Of a stretch of DNA of 64,000 bases, positions 28,784 to 38,377 are shown piece by piece; position 1 is the first letter of the stretch; every line of letters starts with the position of its first letter. The notes under the pieces were generated by a model that was given only the letters and a program-made list of their open reading frames with translations, made no database searches and had not been told where the DNA came from. The translations under genes were made by a program, and so were the position numbers. The stretch lies in assembly GCA_964416635.1 (NCBI GenBank), contig CAYQEY010000001.1:12871-76870 (forward strand), read 5' to 3'. The stretch is from an uncultured Lachnospiraceae bacterium. GTDB taxonomy: Bacteria > Bacillota > Clostridia > Oscillospirales > CAG-272.

Positions 28784-29014
28784 ATGAAGATGTGGAAAGA
28801 AAAAACGTGGCAATATGAAATTACAGGTGTAGATGGGAATACATCATTGTTTGGAGTAAATATCTTTGATTATCATTGGAATTTTATAAAGAGTGAGGCA
28901 ATAAAAGAACAAATCATCGATATTTATTCGGCTGTAATTAATGACATTGAGCATGTTTTCGGAGTGCGTGAAGTAAGCAACTGCGTATGGGAATTCTATC
29001 TATTTAAATACTAA
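28784..29014 (+). CDS. Hypothetical small protein in an AT-rich segment
   Basis: 76-aa ORF after GAGGTG, followed by a strong terminator. No motif recognised. Confidence 0.4.
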   Translation: MKMWKEKTWQYEITGVDGNTSLFGVNIFDYHWNFIKSEAIKEQIIDIYSAVINDIEHVFGVREVSNCVWEFYLFKY

Positions 29015-29020
29015 ACGAAA

Positions 29021-29050
29021 CCCCGACAGACATTTTTCAATCTGTCGGGG
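29021..29050. terminator. Bidirectional terminator
   Basis: CCCCGACAGA (29021-29030) pairs with TCTGTCGGGG (29041-29050), with T-rich tails on both strands. Confidence 0.8.
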
Positions 29051-29163
29051 TTACTCTTTATTTTCTGCGTGGCAGATTTTGCCTTTACGTGTCGCCGGGG
29101 ACGTCGACTCGCACAAGAAATATCCAACTTCCTTATGAGAAGCAGCCCTTTCCGTATCATTTT

Positions 29164-29331
29164 TTATTCCACTATAGTGTATTCAAGCATCTCATAGTGC
29201 AAATGCGTACCAACGTCCACACCGGGCGGTAAAAGCGCCATGGCGATAAAAAGCTCGTTGCCGCTTTGCGTGTCCTTGAGCAGAGCGTACTCCCCATCTA
29301 TTCTGCTTACTGCGTAATCCTTTGGTTCCAT
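29164..29331 (-). CDS. Small DUF3006-like protein
   Basis: MEPKDYAVSRIDGEYALLKD... resembles DUF3006. ATG at 29331 follows GGGAG. Confidence 0.4.
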   Translation of the reverse strand: MEPKDYAVSRIDGEYALLKDTQSGNELFIAMALLPPGVDVGTHLHYEMLEYTIVE

Positions 29332-29398
29332 ACTGTCATCTCCCTTATTTGATAGCTGTATTTTATCATAAATGCGGAGGGATTGCAATAGCTTTAAC

Positions 29399-29995
29399 TC
29401 AATTTACGGCTTTTTCGATGCTCTCGAGCAACTTAAATCGTATTTTGTATTTTGGCTCGTCTGTTTCGGTAATGATGTTGTATTGCTCCCCCGTAAATCC
29501 GACCTCCGCAAATGCCTCAGAGCTGCTCGCCGCGCCAAGGCACATAGGTGGGAAGAGAACGCACCACCAGTTTTCTCCATCGGCATCTCCTATCATGACT
29601 CTCAACGATAGATATTCCCCCGACGGAAAACAAGCACTCTCATAATTTTTGGTCGGATATTCTTCCTCGCCGAGCAGGATGCTCACGGGGTAGTCGTATC
29701 CTTTTTCGGATATTGCTTTCTCGGCGGTGCTCTGTATCAGCACCATATTTTCAATAACCATTTGCTCTGCCTCGGCTCGACTCTGACAGTCGACGAACAG
29801 CTCACCCGTAACGTTCAATATTTCATCGCGCACGTATAACTTCAGCTCCTGATCTTCTTCGCTGTCAGAGTTTGCGAGTACGTGAAGACGTAATACGTTT
29901 TTATACACCCCGGTCTCGCCGTGTATGGGCAACAGGGTGAGTACAGCGCACAGACAGATAATTGTGAATGTAACGATAAGTAGACGTTTATACAT
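29399..29995 (-). CDS. spoIIR: Stage II sporulation protein R
   Basis: LRLHVLANSDSEEDQELKLYVRDEIL and GENWWCVLFPPMC are SpoIIR hallmarks. ATG at 29995 follows AAAGGAG. Confidence 0.85.
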   Translation of the reverse strand: MYKRLLIVTFTIICLCAVLTLLPIHGETGVYKNVLRLHVLANSDSEEDQELKLYVRDEILNVTGELFVDCQSRAEAEQMVIENMVLIQSTAEKAISEKGYDYPVSILLGEEEYPTKNYESACFPSGEYLSLRVMIGDADGENWWCVLFPPMCLGAASSSEAFAEVGFTGEQYNIITETDEPKYKIRFKLLESIEKAVN

Positions 29996-30076
29996 AAAAA
30001 GCTCCTTTAAACAAAATGATCTTGCAAAAGAATCATTTGGCAAAAAGGAGTTTTTTATTCAGATAAAGCTTAAATT

Positions 30077-31060
30077 TCAAAACAAATAAAAAATCGACGC
30101 GACGACGTAAAGTATGGCGCAGGCGATGGTTGACGGCTCTTTGATGACCGAAAGATACGCGGCGCGTTTTTGTTCGGGGGTCTTGAGCAACGGTTTTCTG
30201 TAGCTTGACGATACGCCGTCATAGAGATATTTTTTATAGAGTCTTGCCGCCTCACGGCAGAATACGGCTCCGGAGAGCAGAAAACAAAACGTAATTATGA
30301 AAATGAAGAATGAGGAGCTTCCCGTGATCCTGTAGAGCGTGTTCATATAAGGTTGACCGAAAAGCCCGAAAATATTGTAAATAAAATGTGCCAGCATAGT
30401 GCCGATAAGAGATCGGCTTGCATAGAGTATCAGTGCGAGTATTATTCCCGAGAACAAATACGTCAGGATGTTTATGGGGTTGAAGTGCAGAAATGCAAAA
30501 AAAACCGAGGAAAAGACTACGGCGCGGAGAACTCCGCCGTTTTCGTATTCGTAGCACAATATTCCACGGAAAACAAATTCCTCGCATATCGCGGGAAGTA
30601 TCGCATAGGCTACGAATAAGTACATATTTGAAGCTATACTTCCGTCCGTTTTTGATATAAAGGTGTCGTAGAGCGAGAAATTTTTTGAAAGCGATTCGAG
30701 ACCGTCGAACACGGTGCTCAGCAGAAGACCGCCGGATACCATAAGTACAGCACCGCTGAAGATAAGCAGAAGCGAGTTCGGCTTCGGCAAACGCAGGCGC
30801 AATCCCTTGATGTAATTCCCACCGCTCCATTTGCACCAGATGGCACCGGGGAGCATGAAGATCATCAGTTGCAGGATCACAACACCGTAATATTCATTTT
30901 CACGGGTGATAAATGCGACATCGAGAAATTTTGTCAGAAGCAGAAGAACGTATGTAGCGAGCACGAGAGTACTCGGTGTTAAGACGACGTTTTTCTTTTC
31001 TTGTCTCGTTTTTTTTACGAGGGTATCCTCTCGATCGCTTTTTTTGAAGCGAAATTTCAT
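30077..31060 (-). CDS. CPBP-family intramembrane glutamic endopeptidase (CAAX protease-like)
   Basis: Motifs EEFVFRG and FAFLHF in a polytopic membrane protein. Confidence 0.75.
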   Translation of the reverse strand: MKFRFKKSDREDTLVKKTRQEKKNVVLTPSTLVLATYVLLLLTKFLDVAFITRENEYYGVVILQLMIFMLPGAIWCKWSGGNYIKGLRLRLPKPNSLLLIFSGAVLMVSGGLLLSTVFDGLESLSKNFSLYDTFISKTDGSIASNMYLFVAYAILPAICEEFVFRGILCYEYENGGVLRAVVFSSVFFAFLHFNPINILTYLFSGIILALILYASRSLIGTMLAHFIYNIFGLFGQPYMNTLYRITGSSSFFIFIITFCFLLSGAVFCREAARLYKKYLYDGVSSSYRKPLLKTPEQKRAAYLSVIKEPSTIACAILYVVASIFYLF

Positions 31061-31650
31061 TTTAGGCGTATAGCTCCTGTTTCGGTAATAATAATTTTAA
31101 CGGGTATGTCGGTGTCAAGACGCGGCAAGCGATCGCACAAAAGTTCGGAAAATATCGCGCAGACTGTAATGCCGTTGAATTTTTCCAAGAATCTGTCGTA
31201 ATATCCCTTGCCATATCCGAGACGGTAACCATCTCGGTCAAGCGCCAAGGCGGGGACAATACAGAGCGTTTTTTGTGTGAGTGCCGCCGTTTTTGCAGTA
31301 TTTGACGGCTCGGAAATTCCGTATGCTCCGGGCGACAATTCATCAAGGTCCGACACCTCGCAAAAAGTGAGTGTGCAGGTTTCGGTATTCGAGATCGGAA
31401 GGGCGACCTTTTTGCCGCCATTCAGTGCATGCTCGGCTACGTCACGAAGATCCGGCTCACTGCGGGTGGGAAAATAGAGCAGTACTGTATCGGAATTTTT
31501 ATATTCGTCGAGCATCTCTATCCCATGGCATAGTGCTTGACTGTATTCTTTATGCTTATCTGTCGGAATAGCCGCCCGCACGGAAGAAAAAAACGCTCTC
31601 GCACTGTTTTTGTCGGAAAAAGAAATATTTCGGTTCTTCATCAATGTCAA
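31057..31650 (-). CDS. 5-formyltetrahydrofolate cyclo-ligase
   Basis: C-terminal GYGKGYYDRFL motif, 197 aa. 4-nt overlaps with both neighbours. Confidence 0.8.
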   Translation of the reverse strand: MTLMKNRNISFSDKNSARAFFSSVRAAIPTDKHKEYSQALCHGIEMLDEYKNSDTVLLYFPTRSEPDLRDVAEHALNGGKKVALPISNTETCTLTFCEVSDLDELSPGAYGISEPSNTAKTAALTQKTLCIVPALALDRDGYRLGYGKGYYDRFLEKFNGITVCAIFSELLCDRLPRLDTDIPVKIIITETGAIRLK

Positions 31651-32198
31651 TCTGCTATAACGGCAGAACGAAGCACGGATGCCTTATCGGCACCACAGAA
31701 AAGTTTAACGATCTCAATACCCATATCGAGAGCTGCGCCCATTCCTGCGGCGGTCAGAATATTTCCGTCAAGTACCACGCGCTTCTCGGAAATGACAGCA
31801 CCCTTGAGATAGTTCTCAAATCCGGGGTAGCAGACAGCCTCCTTGCCGACGAGAAGTCCCATTTTTCCCGGTATTGACGGTGCGGCACAAATGGCGGCTA
31901 TATACTTTTTGTCCTCAGCGGCAGAGCGTATTGCATCGCATACTACCTCACTTGCTTCGAGATTGAGCGTTCCCGGCATTCCTCCCGGGAGAAAGATCAT
32001 TTCAGGAGAATTCGTTGCAGCGTGCGCAAGAAATTCTTTGTCGGTGATATCTGCGCGAATCGTTATCGAATGTGCACCGGTAATATATTCGCCGCCGATC
32101 CCGACCGTGGTAACATCAAGTCCCGCGCGGCGCATAAGGTCAAGTGGGCAGAGAGCCTCGATCTCCTCAAGACCCTCGGCAAGAAACATATATATCAT
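31647..32198 (-). CDS. DJ-1/PfpI-family protein
   Basis: Nucleophile elbow AAICAAPS and FLPGGMPG. Confidence 0.8.
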   Translation of the reverse strand: MIYMFLAEGLEEIEALCPLDLMRRAGLDVTTVGIGGEYITGAHSITIRADITDKEFLAHAATNSPEMIFLPGGMPGTLNLEASEVVCDAIRSAAEDKKYIAAICAAPSIPGKMGLLVGKEAVCYPGFENYLKGAVISEKRVVLDGNILTAAGMGAALDMGIEIVKLFCGADKASVLRSAVIAD

Positions 32199-32222
32199 AT
32201 ATATACTCCCGTGACTTTTGTA

Positions 32223-33521
32223 TCAATTGAAATACGAAGAGATCGACTCAAGTGCGACTTCTCTTTCTTCGCGACTCTCAAGATCCTTTATCTTGACAAT
32301 GCCGTTTTCAGCCTCGCTTGAGCCCATTATCAGAACGTGGCTGTAGTGTCCCTTTACGGCGTAATCTATCTGCTTGCCGAACTTCTTCGCGCCGACATAG
32401 ATGGAAGCGGAAATGCCGCTCGCACGCAGGGTGTCAACGACTGCAAGATATTTTTCATAGGGAACGTCATCGAATCGCGTTACGAGCACCTTTGTCTCGC
32501 CCTTGTTGAGGTCGGGCACGAGACCGTGAGAAAAGAGAAAGCTTTCGAGCGTAACGTCGCCCATTCCGTAGCCGACGCCCGAGATCTTTGCGTTCTTTGC
32601 GAACATACCTACGAGATTGTCATATCTTCCGCCGCCGAACATTGCTCGGTTGTTTTCCGGAGCCTCGTCAAAGACCTCGAATACCGTTCCCGTGTAGTAG
32701 TCAAGACCGCGTATTATACCGAAATCAAATATGCAGTACTTGTCAAGCCCGGTCTTTTCAAGCATATCGAAAAGCGATATGAGCTCCTGAGCTCCGAGTG
32801 ACTCGGGGCAGAGAGCGGTGGCGTCCTTTATGTTCATAGTGTAGAGCGAATCTATTTGAGCAATTTGGTCGCCGTTAAGACCGAGGTCATACAGATCCCT
32901 CTCGTAGGCGTCTCTTTCTACCTTGTCCTTGCGGTCGACGATCTTGGATACTTTGCGTGCACCCTCGGTATCCGAATTGCAGATGGCGGCGATAACGTCG
33001 TTGAAGAAACGGCGGTTGTTTATATGAACTTTGAACATGGTTTCATCGGCTCCGAACGCCAAAAGAAGCGAAACGGCACTCTCTATAACGTCAAGATCTG
33101 CTTCGTAGGTGTCGCAACCGAAAATATCTACGTTGAGCTGCCAGAATTCACGGAGACGTCCGTGTTGAGGACGCTCGTATCGGTACATATTCGGAATTGA
33201 GAACCACTTGAGCGGGTAGTTGAGCTCGCCTATCTTAGCGGCGACTATTCGTGCGACCGAGGGGGTCATTTCGGGGCGTATCGCCACCATTCTGCCGCCT
33301 CTGTCGGCAAAATTGTAAGTCTGTTTGTTTGCTATCTCCTCACCGCTCTTGGCGATGTATATGTCGAGAGATTCAAGCATGGGACCGTTATATTCTTCGT
33401 ATGCGGAAAGCTCGAGCGAACGTCTGATCTTGCCGAAAAACCAGTTGCGCAGGCGCATATCGTCGGGGTAAAAATCTCTTGTGCCTTTATAGGGCTGTGT
33501 TGAAAGAATCTGTGCGCACAT
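32223..33521 (-). CDS. hisS: Histidine--tRNA ligase
   Basis: KGTRDFYP, class II motif 2 (RYERPQHGRLREFWQ) and a C-terminal anticodon-binding domain. Confidence 0.9.
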   Translation of the reverse strand: MCAQILSTQPYKGTRDFYPDDMRLRNWFFGKIRRSLELSAYEEYNGPMLESLDIYIAKSGEEIANKQTYNFADRGGRMVAIRPEMTPSVARIVAAKIGELNYPLKWFSIPNMYRYERPQHGRLREFWQLNVDIFGCDTYEADLDVIESAVSLLLAFGADETMFKVHINNRRFFNDVIAAICNSDTEGARKVSKIVDRKDKVERDAYERDLYDLGLNGDQIAQIDSLYTMNIKDATALCPESLGAQELISLFDMLEKTGLDKYCIFDFGIIRGLDYYTGTVFEVFDEAPENNRAMFGGGRYDNLVGMFAKNAKISGVGYGMGDVTLESFLFSHGLVPDLNKGETKVLVTRFDDVPYEKYLAVVDTLRASGISASIYVGAKKFGKQIDYAVKGHYSHVLIMGSSEAENGIVKIKDLESREEREVALESISSYFN

Positions 33522-33567
33522 ACTATTGTGTCCTTTCGGGATAAATTAAAATAACTTATTGGTTTAT

Positions 33568-33596
33568 ATTATACCACAAGAGTACAGTCTTGTCAA
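33568..33596 (-). promoter_or_regulatory. Promoter of the hisS operon
   Basis: On the minus strand: TTGACA (33596-33591), 17-nt spacer, TGgTATAAT (TATAAT at 33573-33568). The leader is too short for a T-box. Confidence 0.7.
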
Positions 33597-33690
33597 TTGT
33601 AAAAGCGCTGTTTTGCGCGTGTTTTCGAAAAGATCGGATCATTTCGTCTGACGAATTTTTAAAATTTTTTTGAGCCTTTGGCTTAAACTA

Positions 33691-33719
33691 TTGACTTTGT
33701 TTTTTGGGGATGGTATAAT
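33691..33719 (+). promoter_or_regulatory. Promoter of the MATE gene
   Basis: TTGACT (33691-33696), 17-nt spacer, TGgTATAAT (TATAAT at 33714-33719). Confidence 0.7.
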
Positions 33720-33788
33720 TATTCTGTATGTTAATATCTTGCTCTGTGTAAGGTATCCGCTTTTGTTTGTTTTAGTGAGGGTTTAGAA

Positions 33789-35198
33789 TTGCAAAAAATC
33801 AAAAAAACGGTAGATATGACCGAAGGACCGTTTCTCAAAAAAATGATAATGTTCGCCGTCCCGCTGGTTATATCGGGACTCCTGCAAAGCCTCTACAACG
33901 CCGCAGACCTGATAATAGTGGGATATTTCAGAGGTGACACTGCTGTCGCCGCGGTCGGCAGCACGGGCTCGATAACCAACCTCACCATCGCCCTGTTTAT
34001 GGGTCTGTCGGTAGGCTCGGGTGTCGCCGTCGCGCATCACATCGGTGCAAAAGAACCCGAGGAGGTCAAAAAGGTCGCTCATACGTCGATACTTCTCTCT
34101 CTGGGACTCGGATTTGTGGTCTCTGCCGTGGGCTTTTTCTCAGCCGAGACATTGCTCGCATTTATGGATACGCCGTCCGAGGTGCTTCCTTATGCGGCTC
34201 TTTATATGCGCATAATTTTTCTCGGCGTTCCCGGATCTATGTTATATAACTATGCGTCGTCCATGATATGCTCCGCGGGAGATTCAAAGCGTCCGACTGT
34301 TTTTCTTGCGGTCTCGGGACTTGTGAACGTAATATTAAATGTCGTGCTGGTCACAGCTTTTGGAATGGGCGTTGACGGAGTTGCCATAGCCACGATCGCT
34401 TCGCAGTATCTGTCTGCATTGATGGCGATGATATATCTCTTTAAGACGAACGGTCCTCTCCGTATCTCGATAAGAGAGATGAGGTTAAGCATCTCAAAGG
34501 TGAAAAAGATACTCTACATAGGAATTCCCTCGGGAATACAGACGTCTCTCTTCTCTTTCTCCAACGTGATCATACAGTCTTCAATAAACAGCTTCGGCGA
34601 TAACGTGGTAGCGGGATCGGCGGCAACCTCAAACATAGAGAACTTCGTCTACATTGCCATGAACGCAATATATCGCGTAGCTCTGACCTTTATAGGGCAG
34701 AACGTAGGTGCGAGAAAGTTTAAAAACATACGAAGGCTTACAATCTACAGTGCCATCATCGTGTCCACAATAGGCATAGGCAGTGCATTGCTGCTTGTAA
34801 TATTCAGATATCCGCTTATACATCTGTACGTAAGCTCACCCGAGGCGGTCGATGCGGCAATAACACGATTTATGATTGTCATACCCACCTATTTTCTTTG
34901 CGGTCTTATGGATGTATTCTGCGGCGGATTGCGCGCGCTTGACAGGTCGGTAACCGCCATGATAATCTCTCTTCTCGGAGCGTGTGGTTTCAGGATACTC
35001 TGGATACAGACCGTGTTCAGATGGTATCCCACCCCCGTGACAGTATATATATCCTATCCCATATCGTGGATAATAACCGCCGGAGTTCAACTTGTATTTA
35101 TGATATTCACGGCGCGCAAGCTTATACGAGACGACAGAGAAAGACAGAAAAGCGTGATTGATACAGGAGGAACAAAAGATGAGCTTATTCGAAGTTAA
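33789..35198 (+). CDS. MATE-family multidrug efflux transporter
   Basis: 12-TM protein with N-terminus DMTEGPFLKKMIMFAVPLVISGLLQSLYNAADLIIVG. The start may be TTG at 33789 or ATG at 33816. Confidence 0.9.
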   Translation: MQKIKKTVDMTEGPFLKKMIMFAVPLVISGLLQSLYNAADLIIVGYFRGDTAVAAVGSTGSITNLTIALFMGLSVGSGVAVAHHIGAKEPEEVKKVAHTSILLSLGLGFVVSAVGFFSAETLLAFMDTPSEVLPYAALYMRIIFLGVPGSMLYNYASSMICSAGDSKRPTVFLAVSGLVNVILNVVLVTAFGMGVDGVAIATIASQYLSALMAMIYLFKTNGPLRISIREMRLSISKVKKILYIGIPSGIQTSLFSFSNVIIQSSINSFGDNVVAGSAATSNIENFVYIAMNAIYRVALTFIGQNVGARKFKNIRRLTIYSAIIVSTIGIGSALLLVIFRYPLIHLYVSSPEAVDAAITRFMIVIPTYFLCGLMDVFCGGLRALDRSVTAMIISLLGACGFRILWIQTVFRWYPTPVTVYISYPISWIITAGVQLVFMIFTARKLIRDDRERQKSVIDTGGTKDELIRS

Positions 35199-36147
35199 GG
35201 ATCTGTCAAAGTCCTGCTCCGAGTGTTTTGGAATAGACAAAATCTCATTTGAAATACAAGAAAAAGGTGTTTACGGCTTCTTTGGAAAGAGCGGGTCGGG
35301 AAAAACTCTGCTCTCAATGCTTCTCGTAGGTATTTGCGAAGCGGATTCAGGGGCAATAATCTATAAGGAAAAAGATCTGTGCGAAAGCGAGGCGAAGGCG
35401 GCGCAGATAAAGCGCAAGATCGGATATGTTCCGGCACAGTCGGTGTTTCCCAACGATATGAGCGTCGAAGAGGTGCTTGATTTCACGGGAATGACAAAAA
35501 AAATTTCGCCCGACAAGCGCGCAAGGCAAATAAAAGAAGCGCTTACACTGACGGGGCTTGAGAATAAAGCGGAATTACTCGTCGAGTGTCTGACACCGTC
35601 CGAGAAAAAAAGGATGGCGTACGCGAATGCTTTGATCGGAAATCCCGACATTCTTATAATCGACGAGCCGATCACTGCCATTGATTCTGCTCAGAGGGAC
35701 GAGATAAAAAAGCTTATCTCCATGCTCGGCAAAATGAAGGTTGTAATACTCTTTGCAAAGAATCCCACGGACATTGAGTCGCTTTGCAACTACGTAGGTA
35801 TACTCGGAAACGGCGCTTTGCTTGTTTACGATTCGCTTGATGCCATGCTTGCAAAGCTGAATAAGACCGTAATGGCTCTGCTTCGGGTTAAGAAAAAGGG
35901 TTCCGATGTAACAGATATAATGCAGGCTTTGCGCGGCATAGACGGAATATCGGGAGTCAAAGAGGGAAACGGCACGGGTCTTATAACCGATATGGTATTG
36001 GATTGCAGTACCCGTGACGGAGTGCCGTCGGCGGTCAATGCAAAAATGACGGAGCTTGGTGTCGATGTCGTCTCTTTCAAATTTACAACGCTCGGAATTT
36101 CGGACGTGATGGATGCGCTTTGCGTTGACGGCGCGAGGGAGGTATGA
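35179..36147 (+). CDS. ABC transporter ATP-binding protein (GldA-like) with a ~100-aa C-terminal extension
   Basis: Walker A GKSGSGKT, degenerate signature LTPSEKKRM, Walker B ILIIDEP. ATG at 35179 follows AGGAGG. Confidence 0.85.
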   Translation: MSLFEVKDLSKSCSECFGIDKISFEIQEKGVYGFFGKSGSGKTLLSMLLVGICEADSGAIIYKEKDLCESEAKAAQIKRKIGYVPAQSVFPNDMSVEEVLDFTGMTKKISPDKRARQIKEALTLTGLENKAELLVECLTPSEKKRMAYANALIGNPDILIIDEPITAIDSAQRDEIKKLISMLGKMKVVILFAKNPTDIESLCNYVGILGNGALLVYDSLDAMLAKLNKTVMALLRVKKKGSDVTDIMQALRGIDGISGVKEGNGTGLITDMVLDCSTRDGVPSAVNAKMTELGVDVVSFKFTTLGISDVMDALCVDGAREV

Positions 36148-36148
36148 T

Positions 36149-38356
36149 ATGGCGGCTGTATTTTTAAAAGAACTGAAAGCTCTTATCAGAAGTCTTCGCG
36201 GAATCATCAGCGTCACGGCGTTTGCCGTAGCGTCGGGAATCATCTTTACAGTCAACAATATCAGACTTGCCTATCCTAACATTGATGCGATAATAGCGCC
36301 CCTGTCTTTGTTCGCGGCATTGGCGATACCCGTCGTGTCCTGCTTTTCCGTGTGCGGAGAGCGAAAAAAAGGAACTGATATCTTTTTGGCTATGCTCCCG
36401 CTGACAAAAACGCAGATAATTTTGGGAAAGCTTGCGGCAAATGTCGTATTTTTCCTCATACCCACGGGAATAGTATGTCTCTATCCCATAATACTCGGAT
36501 TTTTCGGCGATGCGGTTTATGCATATTCCTACATAGCCTTGCTTTTCCTACTTGTCTTTGAGGTGTTCGTAATATCCCTGTGTATGATGCTCTCCTCACT
36601 CTTAAAAAAGAGCTGGCAGGCACTCACGGCGGCGTATGCGACCATGGTCGTGCTCTTTCTGCTTGGTTCGTTCGCAATTATTTTCCCCCAACCCATATCA
36701 CAGGCGTGCAGATTTATCTCTCCGTTCAGAAGATTTGATCCCATCGTTTACGGTAAACTTGACATATCGTCACTTGTTTTCTATTTGCTCTTTTCGGCAT
36801 TTTTCATCTTTGTGTGTATCAAATATTCCGATTTAAAAAAGAAGGTCGGCAGATCAAAATTCAAGTTCTCACTGTCCTGTTCCGCGCTTGGCGTTGCCGT
36901 ACTTGCAGTAAGCGTTGCTTCTGCCTTTCTGCCTTCGACTCTGCGCTGGGCAGATGTAAGCTCAAACAAGCTTTACGCAATAGACGCAAATACAAAGCAG
37001 TTCATGGATTCCTTGGATGAGGATGTTACACTTTATCTCATTGATACCGATTCGAGTGAGGAAAAGCTCGTCAGCTTTATTGAAAGATACTGCGACAGAT
37101 CCTCGCACCTGGCCCTTGAGCGTGTAGATACCTCGAAGGATACCGAATTCAGGGCAAAATACGGTTTTAACGAGAGCGTAGATCTCAGCTTCTGCATCGT
37201 GGTAGAGGGCGCGCACCGCAACCGTATAATAAGTGCAGATGAGCTTTTCGTTTGGTATAATCCAAATTATCCCGACTTCGGGTATATGTCTGCGAGCGAG
37301 CTGCAGTATAACATATCATATATCGGCAGTAAGCTTGATCAGTATTACGCATATTATTCCCAAATGTCAAGCTCGGATAAGGCGCAGTATAATGAGTACA
37401 TTAATATGTATCAATCGCTTTATTATATGTCTGCGAGATATCTTGACGCCGAGAACGCCTTCAACGCGGCAATAGATTACGTTACCGCCGACCTTATCCC
37501 CACTTTCTATTTTGTTTCGGGTCACGGAGAGAAGAATACCAATGCGGCACCTTTGGATATCACCAAGCTTGAAAAGATCCCGCCCGAGGCAGCAATGCTC
37601 TTCATCAATACGCCCGACAGCGATTACAGCGACACTGAGGTCGATATGCTTATTGATTATATGGACGGCGGAGGACGGTTGATAATATTTACCAACGAGG
37701 CGAATAACGGCATGCCCAATCTTTCAAGATTGCTTGCAAGTGTGGGACTTTCGGCAGACAGCACCGCGTTTGACGGAGAAGCCGGGGATATCGTTACGGC
37801 AACGGTAAATACGTCGTCAAGCGAGTTTTCGGCGCTTGCAACCAATGAAAGGCTTACGCTTGATATGATCGGTGCAAGTGCTATAGTTAAAGACACTTCA
37901 AACAGCTCACTCAAATACACCTCGCTTTTCAGCGTTGATATCGAGGAGGAGGTCGAGAGTGAGGACGGCGAGGGCGGAACGAATACCGAAACAAAGGTGG
38001 TCACAAAGGATATCGGAGTTTCGGTAACCGAAAATTCCGAGCCTATGCTCATCTGGGTAAGTGCCTCCGATACCTTCAACAGAAGCACGGATGACATGGA
38101 CGAGGACGAGCAGACGCAGTATTCAATAGCGGTAAGCTGTCTGAGATACATGGTAGCTTCCATGTCCAAGACATTCGTGAGTGCCGTTCCCGAGGTCGAA
38201 CCTGCAGAATACGACATTTCGACGTTATTGAGCGTAGACGAGAGTGACGTGAGCCTTGTGGGAACCGTGGTGATCGGAGTGATACCTTTCGTTCTGCTTG
38301 CCGCAGGTCTGTTCAATATCTATTTTAGAAAAAAGAAGGGAAGACAGATTGTCTGA
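36149..38356 (+). CDS. Fused ABC-2 permease (GldF-like) and GldG-like extracytoplasmic domain protein
   Basis: About 240 aa with 6 TM helices, then a ~450-aa soluble region (YFVSGHGE..., GGRLIIFTNE) and a final TM helix (VVIGVIPFVLLAAGLF). ATG at 36149 overlaps the ATPase gene stop. Confidence 0.6.
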   Translation: MAAVFLKELKALIRSLRGIISVTAFAVASGIIFTVNNIRLAYPNIDAIIAPLSLFAALAIPVVSCFSVCGERKKGTDIFLAMLPLTKTQIILGKLAANVVFFLIPTGIVCLYPIILGFFGDAVYAYSYIALLFLLVFEVFVISLCMMLSSLLKKSWQALTAAYATMVVLFLLGSFAIIFPQPISQACRFISPFRRFDPIVYGKLDISSLVFYLLFSAFFIFVCIKYSDLKKKVGRSKFKFSLSCSALGVAVLAVSVASAFLPSTLRWADVSSNKLYAIDANTKQFMDSLDEDVTLYLIDTDSSEEKLVSFIERYCDRSSHLALERVDTSKDTEFRAKYGFNESVDLSFCIVVEGAHRNRIISADELFVWYNPNYPDFGYMSASELQYNISYIGSKLDQYYAYYSQMSSSDKAQYNEYINMYQSLYYMSARYLDAENAFNAAIDYVTADLIPTFYFVSGHGEKNTNAAPLDITKLEKIPPEAAMLFINTPDSDYSDTEVDMLIDYMDGGGRLIIFTNEANNGMPNLSRLLASVGLSADSTAFDGEAGDIVTATVNTSSSEFSALATNERLTLDMIGASAIVKDTSNSSLKYTSLFSVDIEEEVESEDGEGGTNTETKVVTKDIGVSVTENSEPMLIWVSASDTFNRSTDDMDEDEQTQYSIAVSCLRYMVASMSKTFVSAVPEVEPAEYDISTLLSVDESDVSLVGTVVIGVIPFVLLAAGLFNIYFRKKKGRQIV

Positions 38357-38377
38357 CATTTTATGTTGAGGTGAAAT

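Noticed and set aside
33522-33600. T-box leader upstream of hisS.
   Set aside because: A strong promoter sits only ~45 nt from the start codon. There is no T-box sequence (GGTGGTACCGCG-like) or specifier structure.
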